DNA from: Euglena gracilis
Lineage: Eukaryota
NCBI GenBank assembly: GCA_039621445.1
Contig: CP154954.1
Span: 38,053,703 to 38,117,702 of the forward strand
Length of the DNA: 64,000 nucleotides
Direction: 5' to 3'
Shown here: in pieces, positions 26,031 to 38,200 of the stretch
Layout: every line of letters begins with the position of its first letter
Position numbering within the stretch: position 1 is the first letter of the stretch
Program-made: the position numbers and the translations under genes
The notes under the pieces: generated by a model
Seen by the model: only the letters and a program-made list of their open reading frames with translations
Told to the model about the DNA's origin: nothing
The model's database searches: none

Positions 26031-26962
26031 GTGTGACTTCATACAGTGCACCGACCACCTCTACCACCTTCGGTGGCCCACACAGAGCAATGGCCATGAG
26101 GCCAGCTTTCTCACCTCCACTCTCGGACGGCTCTGAAACCACCCCAGGCACAAATCAGCCAATCTGCCAATGACACAAACACGCCAACAGTGGCAAGCAA
26201 AGCACACACTCCCCCCCCACCTCCCCCACCCGCCGTATATATTGAAGATGGGACTTTCCCATTTTCCTCTAACCATTGACCTCGGGACGGGCACGGCACT
26301 CCGTACAACCTTTATGTACTTTACACCCATAGTATCTACCGGCGACCTGTGGCCGCACAGGGAGTCATGAGGAGTTTCTCCTTGTGGCGAGGGCCAAAAG
26401 AGACATATCCCTGGGCCCGGGGCACGGTCTGGGTGAAGCTGTGCTACCCGCCGTGATGATGATGGCGTCGTTCCCTCCTCTCTTCCTGCGCCCTGTCCGC
26501 CAGGTCCCACACCCTGGAAAATGAATCTGGCCATTATTCCGTATGTGAGAACCCAACTTTCAACCTGGAAGAAAAATCCAAAGTGCAAAGATATTTCTCC
26601 CCTGTCATTCCAGATCACAGGCCAGTTTAACCAACCACAGGATCACACACTGGCTCGCACAAGCTTGCAAACAAACGGTCATTCACCTTTCGGGAGGCGC
26701 AGGGGCTATGTGCGGTCATAGCGACTCCTCGCACACACACTCCCCCCCCTTTTCAGCGCTCAGACAGACCTTGAATTCCCCCCCCTCCCGTGGGGATGCC
26801 AAGAGGCACATTTCTTCCGCCTCGGCAGGAGGCACCCAAGGACCTGCCCTTCTCCTCACTCTTCACATTGTTCGCGGGCTGAGTGGACTTACCACGGGAA
26901 GCCTCACCCCCCCCTTCAGCGGAGTGGGTGTTCTTCCCGCAGGTTTCCCGGACCCCCCAACA

Positions 26963-29640
26963 GGGATAGCTTTTCCGTCTAGGGGGTTTAGGTACGGTTT
27001 GAAATCGTCCATATGGACGTCCTCAATCCCGTTGGGCAAGGCAACTTTATATCGCCCGCTACTTCCTAACCTGTCCAAAATTTCGCATGGGCCGAGCCGA
27101 AGAGGACGTAGCTTGGAAGATTGCATGCGGGTGCGGTTATTCCGTACCCACACGCGGTCACCTGGACTATACACAGGTGTGTTGAAATTTTGTAAAAACG
27201 ATTTCCGTTTGTTGGAATGAATTTCTGTGATACGTGATTGGACTGCAGAGCGGAGTGATTCCACTTCTGCAAACCACGTTTCACAGCTAACACTACTTCG
27301 GGAGGGTCTCTCCGAGGGGATATCCCCTGTGGCCGGAGGGTCTCGTCCGAAAACAATTTCGTACGGTGAGTGTGGTAATACCAACCCTGGCAAGGTATTG
27401 ATGTAAAATAAACACCAATGAAGAATGGATATCCAATTCTTACCCGAGTCAGCCAGTGAAAGGCGAAGCATATTGACAACGGATTTCACGGCTGCCTCAG
27501 CTCCACCGTTGCCTTTCGGGCGGTATATAATGGACAAATGCTGATCAATGCCGAGTAAACCGCACAAAGTTGTGAAAAACCGCGAAGAGATCAAGTGATC
27601 TTGATCATTCACTATTTCGTTCGGTAAACCCATTAAGCAGATTCATTTCTCCAGGAATATGGATGCCAAAATTTGGGCTGTCAACCCTGCTTTCCGGCAT
27701 GGAATGGCTACTATATACCCACTCAGCCGACTGACGACAACGAAAACGTAATCGTAAATTTTGTCATCTGATCCTTTGCAAGGTTCAAGTTCCAGAAACT
27801 CCATGCAGAGGGACGTAAAAATGTCCGGTGGTACGGGGAAAAAATCCATCGTACCAGGGGGGGTACCTCTGCGCGGGTTCACAGCCTGACAAATTTGGCA
27901 CCGCTGCGAAATTTGCAAACAGCGCGAATATAAATATTTTTCACTCAGGGTTGTGCAATACCTGCGACCCACCAGTGAAAGAAGTTTGGGGGCCCCAGGG
28001 TGACCATGGTTGTGATAGCTCAAAATCACATCATCAACCAGGTCTTGGGGTATACAATATTTATAACCAGAATCATTTCGGAAAATAAGTCGCAATGGTG
28101 ATAGAGAGTAATTCTCTATGGACTCACCATTACGAAGTCCATTCACAATGGTACTATATACAGGGTCACGCGAATAATCCCATTCGCGGAAAAATAGGGG
28201 GGTAGGAGTTTCCGTACGCGTAATGCGACGGGGTCCGGCAGTGCGTCCACGCCGGCGCCTTCCACGCAATAGTGAAATGGCAATGCTGCGATACACCCGG
28301 GAAACGGGTGGTGAATCGAGCATGTTGTCGGCAGCGTCGCATCGACGTGCGAACTGGTCAGCCTCATGGCTGCCATGAAAAGTCGCATCACCCTCATCCG
28401 GGTTCCCAGGATAATACCAGGGGGCTCGGCTGAGAGGATCCGCCACTTTTTGCGTATGACCTGGGGTATATACTACCACCAGGTTAAACTGGCTCAAGAA
28501 CTCATGCCATCGGCATCTTCTGCCCACTGATGACATGGCCTTGTTCAGGTCCTCGGTATACCAGTGTTGAAGGCTCTCATAATCCGTCAACACCAGTATC
28601 TGGACCAGGCTGCTGGCTATCCAGCTGCGGATTTTCTGGAGAATTAGCACAATGGCATATGTCTCCTTTTCGCGAATGCTCCATTTAACCTGTCCTTTCC
28701 CATTGTCGCCCTGTAGCTTCCTGCTGAAGAAAGCCACAGGTCGGAGTTCATTTGCCGCATTATGCTGGCTAAGAACACCGCCAACAGCGTAATCGCTGCT
28801 GTCGACCTCCAGGACGTACGGCTTGTATGGATCCGCGATATCGAGAACCACGTTCTCGAGGAGCAAGTCCTTGATTTTATTCAAGGCCTCGCGCATTTGG
28901 TTATCCAAATGACTTTTGCGTTATCGGGTGTCCGATTTTTAAGTTGTCGGGTTAGGGGTACCGCGATTTTCGCGAAATCTTTCATGTAAATCGCGTAGTA
29001 TTGGGCTAATCCCAAAAATCCCTTTAAATGCGTTAAGGTCTTAATGACCTCAGGAGTCCATTTTTTAATGGCCTCCATCTTGCTGGGTGCGGCTTTACGC
29101 TGCCCGTTGCTCAGGATATGCCCGCAAAACTTAATAATTTTGCGAAACAGGTGCATTTTGGAACCCTCGACAAAAAGCACATGCTTTTTGAACGCGGATA
29201 ATACCGCCCGCACATCGCGATAATGCGGTTCGAGGATATCCTTGCCCGATTTCGCGGATGGCGGTTGGGTTCCCACCAGTACATCATCGATGTACACCAG
29301 AGCAAACGGTAATTCGCGCAAAACCCACTGGATCATGCGTTGAAACATGGCTGGGCCATTCTTAACACCCATAGGGAGTACCGTCCATTGGTACACACCC
29401 TTGGATGTCACGAATGCCGTGTACGGTTGTGAATCAGGGTGCAAATGCATCTGATGAAAACCGTCTTCTAGATCAAAGATTGACCACAACCGGTTATCCG
29501 ATTGTTTGGCGATCAAATCTTCGATCAGCAGTAACGGGAAGGGGTCATCCTTCGTTTGGGAGTTCAGGTACCGGTAATCCAGCACCAGCACCACTTCCGC
29601 TGGATGAGCTTCTCAATCATCTCGTTGAGAGCTTGTTCGC
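26963..29640 (-). pseudogene. Ty3/Gypsy pol (RT, RNase H, integrase), frameshifted and 5'-truncated
   Basis: FDLEDGFHQM, PMGVKNGPAMFQR, YIDD; VDSSDYAVGGVL, FFSRKL, EKETYAI; HNHGH..CQIC; IVNDQD, PKGNGGAEAAV. Confidence 0.92.
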
Positions 29641-30490
29641 GTTTAACCGAACAACGGAAGAATTTCCGGTGCGGCGACGTTGATCTCACTACCCACACCC
29701 CATATGCCACAGAGAAAAAAAAAAGAGGGGTCAGGGCGAACACCATGTAAACACCTGCGGCCGCTGAGGCCAAGCCAGGCAGCCTACACCGGCCACCAAG
29801 GGCCGGTATTGTTGGCTTTGTCCCGTTGACACAACATGGTAAGCACACCTGAGAGAAAGCCGAAAGGCCAGACGAACCCGAAACCTCCATTGAGCACACC
29901 GGGGAACAGCCTGCCCCCAACAAGGCCACCCCACCCCGCCTGCTCCATGCCACCTCACCCCTCGGGCCCTGGCCCCCACATGGCCGATTCTGGGTTCACC
30001 TGACCACCTTACCCTGAGACTGTCGCTTCTGTACATAGCCTTACCCCCTGAACACGTCAAATCCAGTAGGCAGTGCCACTGGTCGGTGGACTTGGTTCGC
30101 CCCACCACTGTAGTAGCATTAAATTTTAACACCAACCGTACGCATAACCAACCACAAGACTAATTAAACCAAAAAAACAAGCAAATCACACCTTGCAACG
30201 AATGGACCAAGTCTACAAAGACGTCCAAACCCTTACCGCACTGAAAACAGAGCCTTCCCTGCGCCAACTCCCCAAAACCTGAACTTGTCGCTGCCACAAC
30301 CTCAACACTCAACAGTCCCCATGGCCGTTCCATTGAACCTTTCCTGCCGCTGTACACTTTCCTCTCTCACTCGCTATCCCCCCTCCGTACTGTGCCCCTC
30401 ACCGCCCTTCTACTTCACCCTCGACTCTCCCCGCTCCCACCGACGCCTGTGGATGCTGGTGGATTCCCAAAAAAAATTTAAATTGGTGGC

Positions 30491-30517
30491 ACTTTCTGAG
30501 TGTCTATTTTTTTTTCG
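30491..30517 (+). other. Spliced-leader exon copy (Euglena type)
   Basis: actttctgagtgtctatttttttttcg is a perfect match apart from one extra T. It is followed by the CRE leader motif, not by a GT donor. Confidence 0.88.
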
Positions 30518-30795
30518 CATATCACATGTCGGACAAGTGAAAGCCCCACCAGGGGTATAGTTTGAAGCTCCGAGTTCGACAAACTGTGGCATTTCATGAG
30601 AAGGCGTTGGAGCCGAGACAGCAGAGAGGAGGATGAAGGAGAAGGTTTCCTTGAAGCAGATGAGTATGAGAACTATCTGAAACGCAGGTGGGGTTCTTCG
30701 TATGTGATGTGAATTTTTTGGCGTTTTTTGAATTTTTTTGTAAACAAAATGGTTGCTTTTAGGAGCATGAATAATCATTTTTTCTCATTGTCAGC

Positions 30796-31925
30796 ATGAA
30801 AAAATTCCCCGGTGGAGTTGGAGATTCTCCAAGTCCTCTCCATCAGAAAGTGCACATCCTGGAGCTCCGAAAGGATTTTATATGCGAATATATTTTATAT
30901 GCCCAGAACGACCTCGCCAGCTGCGTTGGGAACAGAAGGAAGCTGACAGGAAAAGAAGAGCTGAGTACTGGGGAAGACAGACCAGAAGTCGCAGCAGAAG
31001 CCCTGACAGAAAGAGATTCAATGTTTAACGTGGTGGAAACCCTCCAGACAGGAGGAGTGCAGCTGAGTTCCCTCCAGACTGGAGGTGGCCTGACCAAGAG
31101 AGACAGGTCAGAGATTCTTCTGCACAGAGAAGACCCCTGCAGCAGCAGCAGGAGTATGAGTAGCAGTTGGGAGACTACCCAGCACAGAGAAGACCCCTGC
31201 AGCAACAGCAGGAGTTTGAGCAGCTGGAGAGAGACTACCCAGCACAGAGAAGAGCCCTGCAGCAGCAGGAGTATGGGCAGGAGAGAGAGTACCCTGCACA
31301 GAGAAGGTCAGACACTGTACATCTGCCATCTGGGGTTATTCCATGGACTACATTTTATCAACTGCCTCAGCCTTCTCCCAGTTTGTACTCCTCTGCTGCA
31401 GCATCTGCCACAGGTCATCAAGTACCCCATCCCCAGTCTGTGATGTATACACCAGCAGCTGCAGCCACAGCAGGCCTTTCAGGACAAGCTGCAGTTTTTC
31501 CTGGCCAGGGCCAGACAATGTGTGGCCAGAACCAGATGTATATGACTCCCCAGCCTGTTTACTATGTGGACCCCTCTGGGGCAATGTCTGCAGACCTACC
31601 CTGGTGGAAGTACCAGCTGTTGATGGGCCATTCGGTGGGGCACAATGCCATCCCCCCAGGAACTGTCAACACCTCAGCAGCAGTGTCCTCTGCCCAGCCA
31701 GCCTCTGGAGGGCCTGGGGTCAGCATCCCCCCCCCTCCTTACCAAGAAGGAGGAGGAGCCAAAGCCATTCAGGGAGAGAAAAGGAGGACTGACAGCTCTG
31801 GAGCCTCAGCCTCCACATCAACAGCCTCCAGGGCCGAATCCTCTTCTATTTCCTCATCAGACAGTGATGACAAGGAGTTGTTGGACTTGCTGAAAGAAAG
31901 GCGACGTAAAAGGAAAGAACAGTAG
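30796..31925 (+). CDS. Low-complexity ORF(s) of unknown function downstream of the SL-headed leader
   Basis: Overlapping ORFs 30796-31443 and 31167-31925, with a 60-bp tandem repeat at ~31120-31310 and a basic C-terminus (KERRRKRKEQ). No RT motifs. Confidence 0.35.
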
Positions 31926-32287
31926 CAAAAAAATGAAGAAGCGGACCACACACAGGGAGAAGAAACATTCCCATTGTGTGGCTCAGTGCGTGCTGAAGAC
32001 CCCCCCAAGATTTTCTGCAGCAAAAGTCCAGGAGAGGGGAAGATATACCCCCCCAACTGCAGTTGGAGAAAAACTCGGCCATGAGTGATTACCCCCCTTG
32101 CCCTGGAATTCGGGCCTGAGCAAGGACAAAGGGAATCCCAAACCCCAGTAATGGAAAAAGGTACCCCCACAAGGGAGAAAAAACCGGCGGTGCAAGAAAA
32201 AAGACGGCCAGCACCAGGAGGCCCATACAAAATTTTCTCTGTCTTTGACACAGAGATTTGGAAAGTGGAAGGCCAGTGGTTAAACAG

Positions 32288-33212
32288 TGTACGTCCCCTG
32301 ACTCTATTCCCACTGCCTGTCGGCCTACTTACACCCTCCCGTGGGAACAGAACCAGGAGAGTAACAAAAAAGAAAATCTTTCACTTAACTATTAGTTTTT
32401 ATTGACTTTGGGCTTATGCAGAGCACAAGGCAAACCAGGTGTGATTTTGGAACTTCAGTTCCAGTAGTGTTCTCCTATCGGAGTTCGAACCTTCAAATCT
32501 TTGATTTGCCCTTTTGGGCTGATGAAACACAAAGCAAAACAATAATACCACCTGTGAAAAGAGAAGGCAGATCCGAGATAGGATAGGCTGTTCCTAATTC
32601 TGCAATTTGTATTGCAGAACATGGAATAGTACTATCTGGCATGACATTGTGCATTTTGCAGTTTGCTGCTATGCACAGTGCCATGTTCATGCTGCCTGGT
32701 ACACATCCCCCTCCCAGGGCTTTGCCCGATTTCCTTACTGGACCAGGCCAGCAAGGACATAGGCAAGGCCTTGAGATAGAGGAACATACACCAGGAAAGC
32801 ATATCTTGGGTCTGCTTCTCCATCACATGGTAAAAAACCAGAAAGGGAAGGAAGGAAGAGAGGGGAACCCAAAAAACCCAAAACGCGCAAAAGAGGTTAC
32901 CTGCTTATGCGGCTAACTACTTATTGCGGTAAAGGGGTGGAAGTGGAAGAGCCCGCTTAGAAAGTGGGGCTGGAAGGTTTTCATTCCAGAAAGTCCCATC
33001 CACCCGGTTTGGGGTGTGCCTATGGCACTTGTGGTGGTCTCGTCCCATGATCGGAAAAGATTGTAGAGGTAGGGTGTGGAAGGAGGGGCACCTGGCCAGT
33101 CATACCTGACCAGGGAAGAAAGCCTATTTACAAAACCAACTGCCGGCGACAGCGATTTTGCCCGGGGGGGGAAAAGGGGAGAGGAATGGGGGGCTGGTCT
33201 AAAGACCTTACA
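32288..33212 (-). repeat. Solo LTR-like copy
   Basis: TGTA...TACA ends. 32288-32706 is near-identical to 45955-46374, which abuts a PBS. No TSD found. Confidence 0.65.
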
Positions 33213-35281
33213 AAGAATTTTTGCTGTCTGGCAGTCTTACGGGGGCCTTAAGGCCGAAAAGTAACAAGTTGGGGCTATTATTTCGGTGTGCGCGCTGTAC
33301 GCTGTGCGTCTTCTTACTGGCGGCATATACCGCTGTGAAGTCTTCACAGTGCAGCGCGAGCACGGTGTTGTCGCCGGGGTATCCCCAGAGGCGTATACCT
33401 CAGAATAGCGGGCAGTAGCCCTAAAAACTGTAGATTTGGCATTTGTGCCTTGGGTGTGCAGCCTGTAGGCTGAAGGGTTTGCATTAGCCAAAAATAATGG
33501 GGGGGTAGGCTTTATCGCCCAGAAACATTGCCTTGTGGAATATGCATGGCACAAAAATACTACTGGGTGTATACCCGAATAAAAAAATTTCGGCATATTG
33601 CCAAAAAGATCATACTGAGGTGTACAACCGCAGAAAAAATGCGGAATTGTGGCAGGCTGCTGCCAATTCACAGAACAACTGTGGTTGGTGTGGCTTATAC
33701 CACTTTGAAAAACCGCAAATGAAATGTGAATGCACATAAAAGGATGGAACATTGTTCCAGTGCGGTGAAATTCATCACAAAAAGCTGGATTTCACCATTT
33801 TTGAGCTATGATTCTTATAAACCTTGCAGCATGACACCATTGGTGTTGCACATGATGAAAATTGGGTCCTCAAAATTATATCAGTAAGGGGGTCCCACTG
33901 AGTAAAGTGGGGGGGGTCCGATTATATCGGTAATGGGGGTCCCCCTAAATAAAGTGGGGGGGGGGCAAGAATGCCGTTAGTGCGGTAAGCATAAAAAAAA
34001 AATACTGCAAACATGACAAAATCTCATCATTAGTGACTATGCCACTGAGAAATACTGACTTTTGTCAGATTTTTAGGGAAATCCCTGTCAGGATTAAGGG
34101 CAGAAATGCAGATTCTTCGTCGAGAATTGCATTTTTGTCACCAAAAGTGCAACTTTGTTGCGTTTTGAGTCATTTAAGACTGCAATTGCCAAGTGCACAT
34201 AGTGCTTGTTGAGAGTGTCCAATAACACTGCAGGTTTGTTGTTGTACAGATTTTGGGATTTGGGTGTCTAATAACACCACATCACCCAAAAAGCTGTAAA
34301 ATTGTGCAAAAATATCGCAAAAAAAGCAAAAATACGCTTAAAAATGCAAGTAAAAAATGTCTATGACATCTTGAGCAAAGGAAAAATTGCCATTATCAGC
34401 ATATCCCTTTGCATTCCATTCTGGCATAGTGCCTCATGGTCACTCCCATTAGGGATATGAGTGCCAGAACGGGGAAAAAAATCACCAAAAATTGCAGAAA
34501 ATCAATGATTTAAATGAAAGTTTGCACATAAGTGCTCCTAAAAATGGTTCTAGTGAGTTGAAATGGCTCCAAATTGTGGGCTATAGCCCTCTGAACTGTA
34601 CCAGGCCTAATAGGGCGTACAGAGGGGGTAATGGGCAGAATGCTGCCAAAGGAGCTTAAAAATGGCCATTAGCCAAACTGGTAACGAATGGTAATTAGCC
34701 ATCAGAAACGATGTGGGGAACAGTGTAGAAGCCTTTCAGGCTGATTTGCCAGTCTGGTACATGTTCGTACAAGATTTGGCCCCATATTTGGCTTTACCAA
34801 TAATACCCACGGTGGGTAGCACAGCTTCACCCAAACCGTGCCCCGGGCCCAGGGTAACGTCTCTTTTGGCCCTCGCCACAAGAGGAACCCCCTTGTGACT
34901 CCCTGTGCCGCCACAGGTCGCGGGTAGCTTATACTCTGGGTGTAATGTACAAAAGAGTGCTGAGGGATACTTGTTCAGGGTGCGGAGGTCAGCGGTTAGC
35001 GGAAGATGAGCAAAGGTCACCTTCAATATATATCGGGCGGGGTGGGCGGGGTGGGGGCGCGTTTGTTCCTCTTTGCCACCGGATGGCGTGTCTGTGCCGG
35101 GTTTTGGCTTTATTTGTTTCTCTGTTTTGTTTCTCTGCGTGTGCGTCTGTCTGACCCATTGATTTGCCTTTGGCTTGGCGTGTGGCTCTGCTCAGGGGGC
35201 TCAAGGCCTACAGACAGAATATGGTGAGTTTGAGTTTGCCTTTGGCTTGGCATGTGGCCCTGCTCAGGGGGCTCGAGGCCT

Positions 35282-38200
35282 TCAGACAGAATATGGTGAG
35301 TGGGCAGAAGACAAGGTGATCTCATCCTTGGAAGAATACAAGCTCCAAACGAGCTGTCTGCTGATTTCTCTGATCAGTGTGAAGGACAGGCCTTGCCAAA
35401 TATCTGCTTCTGCGGCCCGCCGTTGCCAACCTTCCCGCTGCCCCAGAAGGGCTTTGAGGAGGGTGGCCATCAAGGAGCGCGCTTCTTGTCCCATGCCCCC
35501 GTAGCAATCCATGACGAATGGCATCAACCGCCAGCCCAGTCGTCGGCATGTTGCATCATATTTGGCATGCTTTTCAGCTTCCTGTCGTGTTTGCCATTGT
35601 GACAGGCTCTCTGCACTTCGCAGCGGATGACTTTGTGCAAGGGTGTGGCGGACTGTCACATCCACTGCAACGGGTCCATCACTGTCCAAGCGAGGAATGA
35701 AGATATCCCCAGGGCGGGAACGGTCATCGGCTCGTTGTTCTTTACGGGCTGTAAATCCTGCCTTCTGTGTTGTGGTTGTCAGAAAATCTTGGACAGCCCC
35801 GTGCCGCCGGGTAATGAAGTTTGATTTGCAGCAAACGAGGTGATGTCCGAGAAAATCTGATTGTCCAAAGCATTTGGGACAGAGGTTCGGATCGGATTCC
35901 GTTGGTGTGAGAGTCATTCCGAGGGACCAACGAAGTGTGCAGCGGAATTCAGCCGTGGGTAACAGGGTGCGGAGACCTTGAGATGGTGTCAAAGCGGCCC
36001 ATGCCATAGCGTGTGGTTGGCATTGGCTTGCAAAGCGTACAGCATCAGGTCCATTCAATGTGTCCCGAAGTGTTTTCTGGCGGGCAAGCATGCTTTGCTG
36101 ATTCCACCAACGTTGTGAATTGTGTGGAGACTGTGCCTGCGGGATCAAGTTTTTGTCACTGGCCCATTGTGGCAGTGGGACCATTTGACCGAGTTCATTG
36201 AGGGCTGTCCGTAAACAATCGTCAACGTCTTTGGGAAGGATGTCCATGGCAGCGGGCAGGCCCAAGACAGAGGGAGCTCTTCGACAGAAGTCCACCACTT
36301 GAGACAATCTGGCGGGCGCACGTTGAAATAGTGGATCGGAGATTCCCAGTCCACCGCATCTGATGGCCAGGGAAACTTGCAACCATTCTTCTGGGGTGCA
36401 AGGGGAGCCGACCATGCTGCTGAATGTTTCCCGAATAATTCCCGACAATGTCTTGCATGCCGCTGTTGCAGAGGCGATTTTGCAGGCGCGCAAGAGGTCA
36501 TTCACTTTGCAAGCGGATAAACAAAAACGAAGCAAGGTGAATTGCACATGCGATTGAGGTAGGTGCTGAAGTACTGTGCAGGAACGTCGGATGTCTTCAA
36601 TGCGCTTATTCCATACTTCTTCACAGAAGCGGTCATCTTGGGGGTGGTGGACAGGGACCCCCAAAACTTTCAAACCTGAACCGGCAACAAAGGCGGTCAG
36701 TGGTATTTGATGCAAGGGGCTGTCCTGTGGCGTTCCCGGAGGAATGCAAGGGACACCTTCTGTTGATGTGAACGCTGGTCCCCACAAGCGACATTTTGCG
36801 GGGTTCACGGCCAACCCAAGCGCTGCTGCCTCGCGAATCAGAAATACAAGGGCATTGTGTAGTTGGGCGGGTGATCCCAGCAGATGGGCGTCATCCAAAT
36901 ACCATCCCTGCCATTCGACCAAGGGGGAGAGGCCCTCACACAGGTCTTGTACGCCCCAGGCGAAAGCTGCTGGTCCACTTGGGTCGCCTTGCTGAGCCCC
37001 CCTCTGGGAAGGCAGACAATGGTTTCCACAATACAGCTTGCTGTGTTGGGCGTAGCACGAATCCAGCCAAGGGCACACTTCTGGGCATCGTCTGCGGATG
37101 GATTGCAGGATTTTTTCTCGTGACAAAGAGTTGAAGGCATTCCTGAAATCCACTTGAAGCAGCCCCCATCGATTGTCTCTGTCCGAGTGCAGAGTGTCCA
37201 CCATTTGTTGGATTCCCATTGCGATCAGTGGACAAGCGTTCGGCACACCAACGCCACATTGTGGAGGACTCAGTTCTTTCAAAGCGTTTACCACTGTGGG
37301 ATGACGCATGAGACATTTGCCAACCAATCGGCGGAGGGTTTCACCTGCTGCGATTGGGCGAGTGTCTTCATCACACACCGTGTGTTCCACAAGGTTTCCA
37401 AAAGCATCCTCTTCCATTGCTCTTTGTTTGTTCTGTTTTCGCAGAGGTGTCAGCCTGGCGGAGGAAAGAATTGGGGCCATGCTGGGGTGAACACCGTTTG
37501 TAATTGCCCGACAGATGAAGGTATCCAGCACCTCGAGGAGGTCTTCTCCACAAGCCCCTGGGTAGTCTCCAACCATGGCCTTGAGGTGGTCAGGTCTCAG
37601 GCCAGAAGGACCCGGCGCGGATTCCTTTGGGAACCCGAAGATGGCTTTGCGCAGATTTTGTAATCGCTCTTTTGTGCTTTCCGGGTCTGAAGGAAAGGTA
37701 ATCGTTTGGGAAGAATCGGACACTGGGATGTGCGGTGGAGGCTCTGGTGGGTGAAGGTCACGTAGCCTTTGGATCACTTTTGGGTCACTGCTGTTTTGGA
37801 CCCCCTCAGAGGTGAGCTCTCGGCAGGCTTTTGAAATAGCCCCGTGGCCAACAAGGCTTTCAATGCGGGAGAGGAACCGTTCTTCAGTTGCCTTGGCTGC
37901 CAGTGCTGTTTTTTGCCTTGTCTGTCTGCCTTGTTGCTTTTGTGGGAGACTGGAGTCCAGCCATGAATCAAACACAGGGCGGGTGAGATACAGGCGAGCG
38001 CGTTCTGCAATTTTTCTCCCCACCATCGCCCAGTTTGAACGCCCGCCACGCTGCAAAGGACAAAGCACCGCTTTGGGGAAGGCCCACAAGGCGTGCAGGG
38101 TTTCCCAGCCAGGGTCCCTGTTGAAATGCTTCATCAGTTGCAGGTAGGTTTGATTGACATTCAGGAGGGCTCCACGTGGCAGGTATACAAGGGTGCCTCG

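Larger units (their letters stand above)
21719..26462 (+). mobile_element. Full-length CRE/SLACS-clade non-LTR retrotransposon, copy 1
   Basis: 7-bp TSD TGGCGTC (21712-21718 / 26463-26469), (TGA)n tail and 5' SL exon. The empty site is visible in the sister LTR at ~15852. Confidence 0.92.
15106..26962 (-). mobile_element. Non-autonomous LTR retroelement inserted in the Gypsy integrase
   Basis: LTRs TGTT...AACA at 15106-16351 and 20965-26962 (the latter interrupted by a CRE element). 4-bp TSD GGGA (15102-15105 / 26963-26966), PBS TGGTAGCAG at 20956-20964, PPT GAGTAGGGGGG at 16352-16362. No RT seen internally. Confidence 0.88.

Noticed and set aside
30491-30600. Functional SL RNA gene
   Set aside because: The exon is not followed by a GT donor or SL intron, and there is no tandem array or 5S linkage. 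It is followed by the retroelement leader.
33270-34783. Host gene or DNA transposon in the AT-richer flanks (also 40062-41060)
   Set aside because: No convincing ORF, terminal inverted repeats or TSD could be identified.
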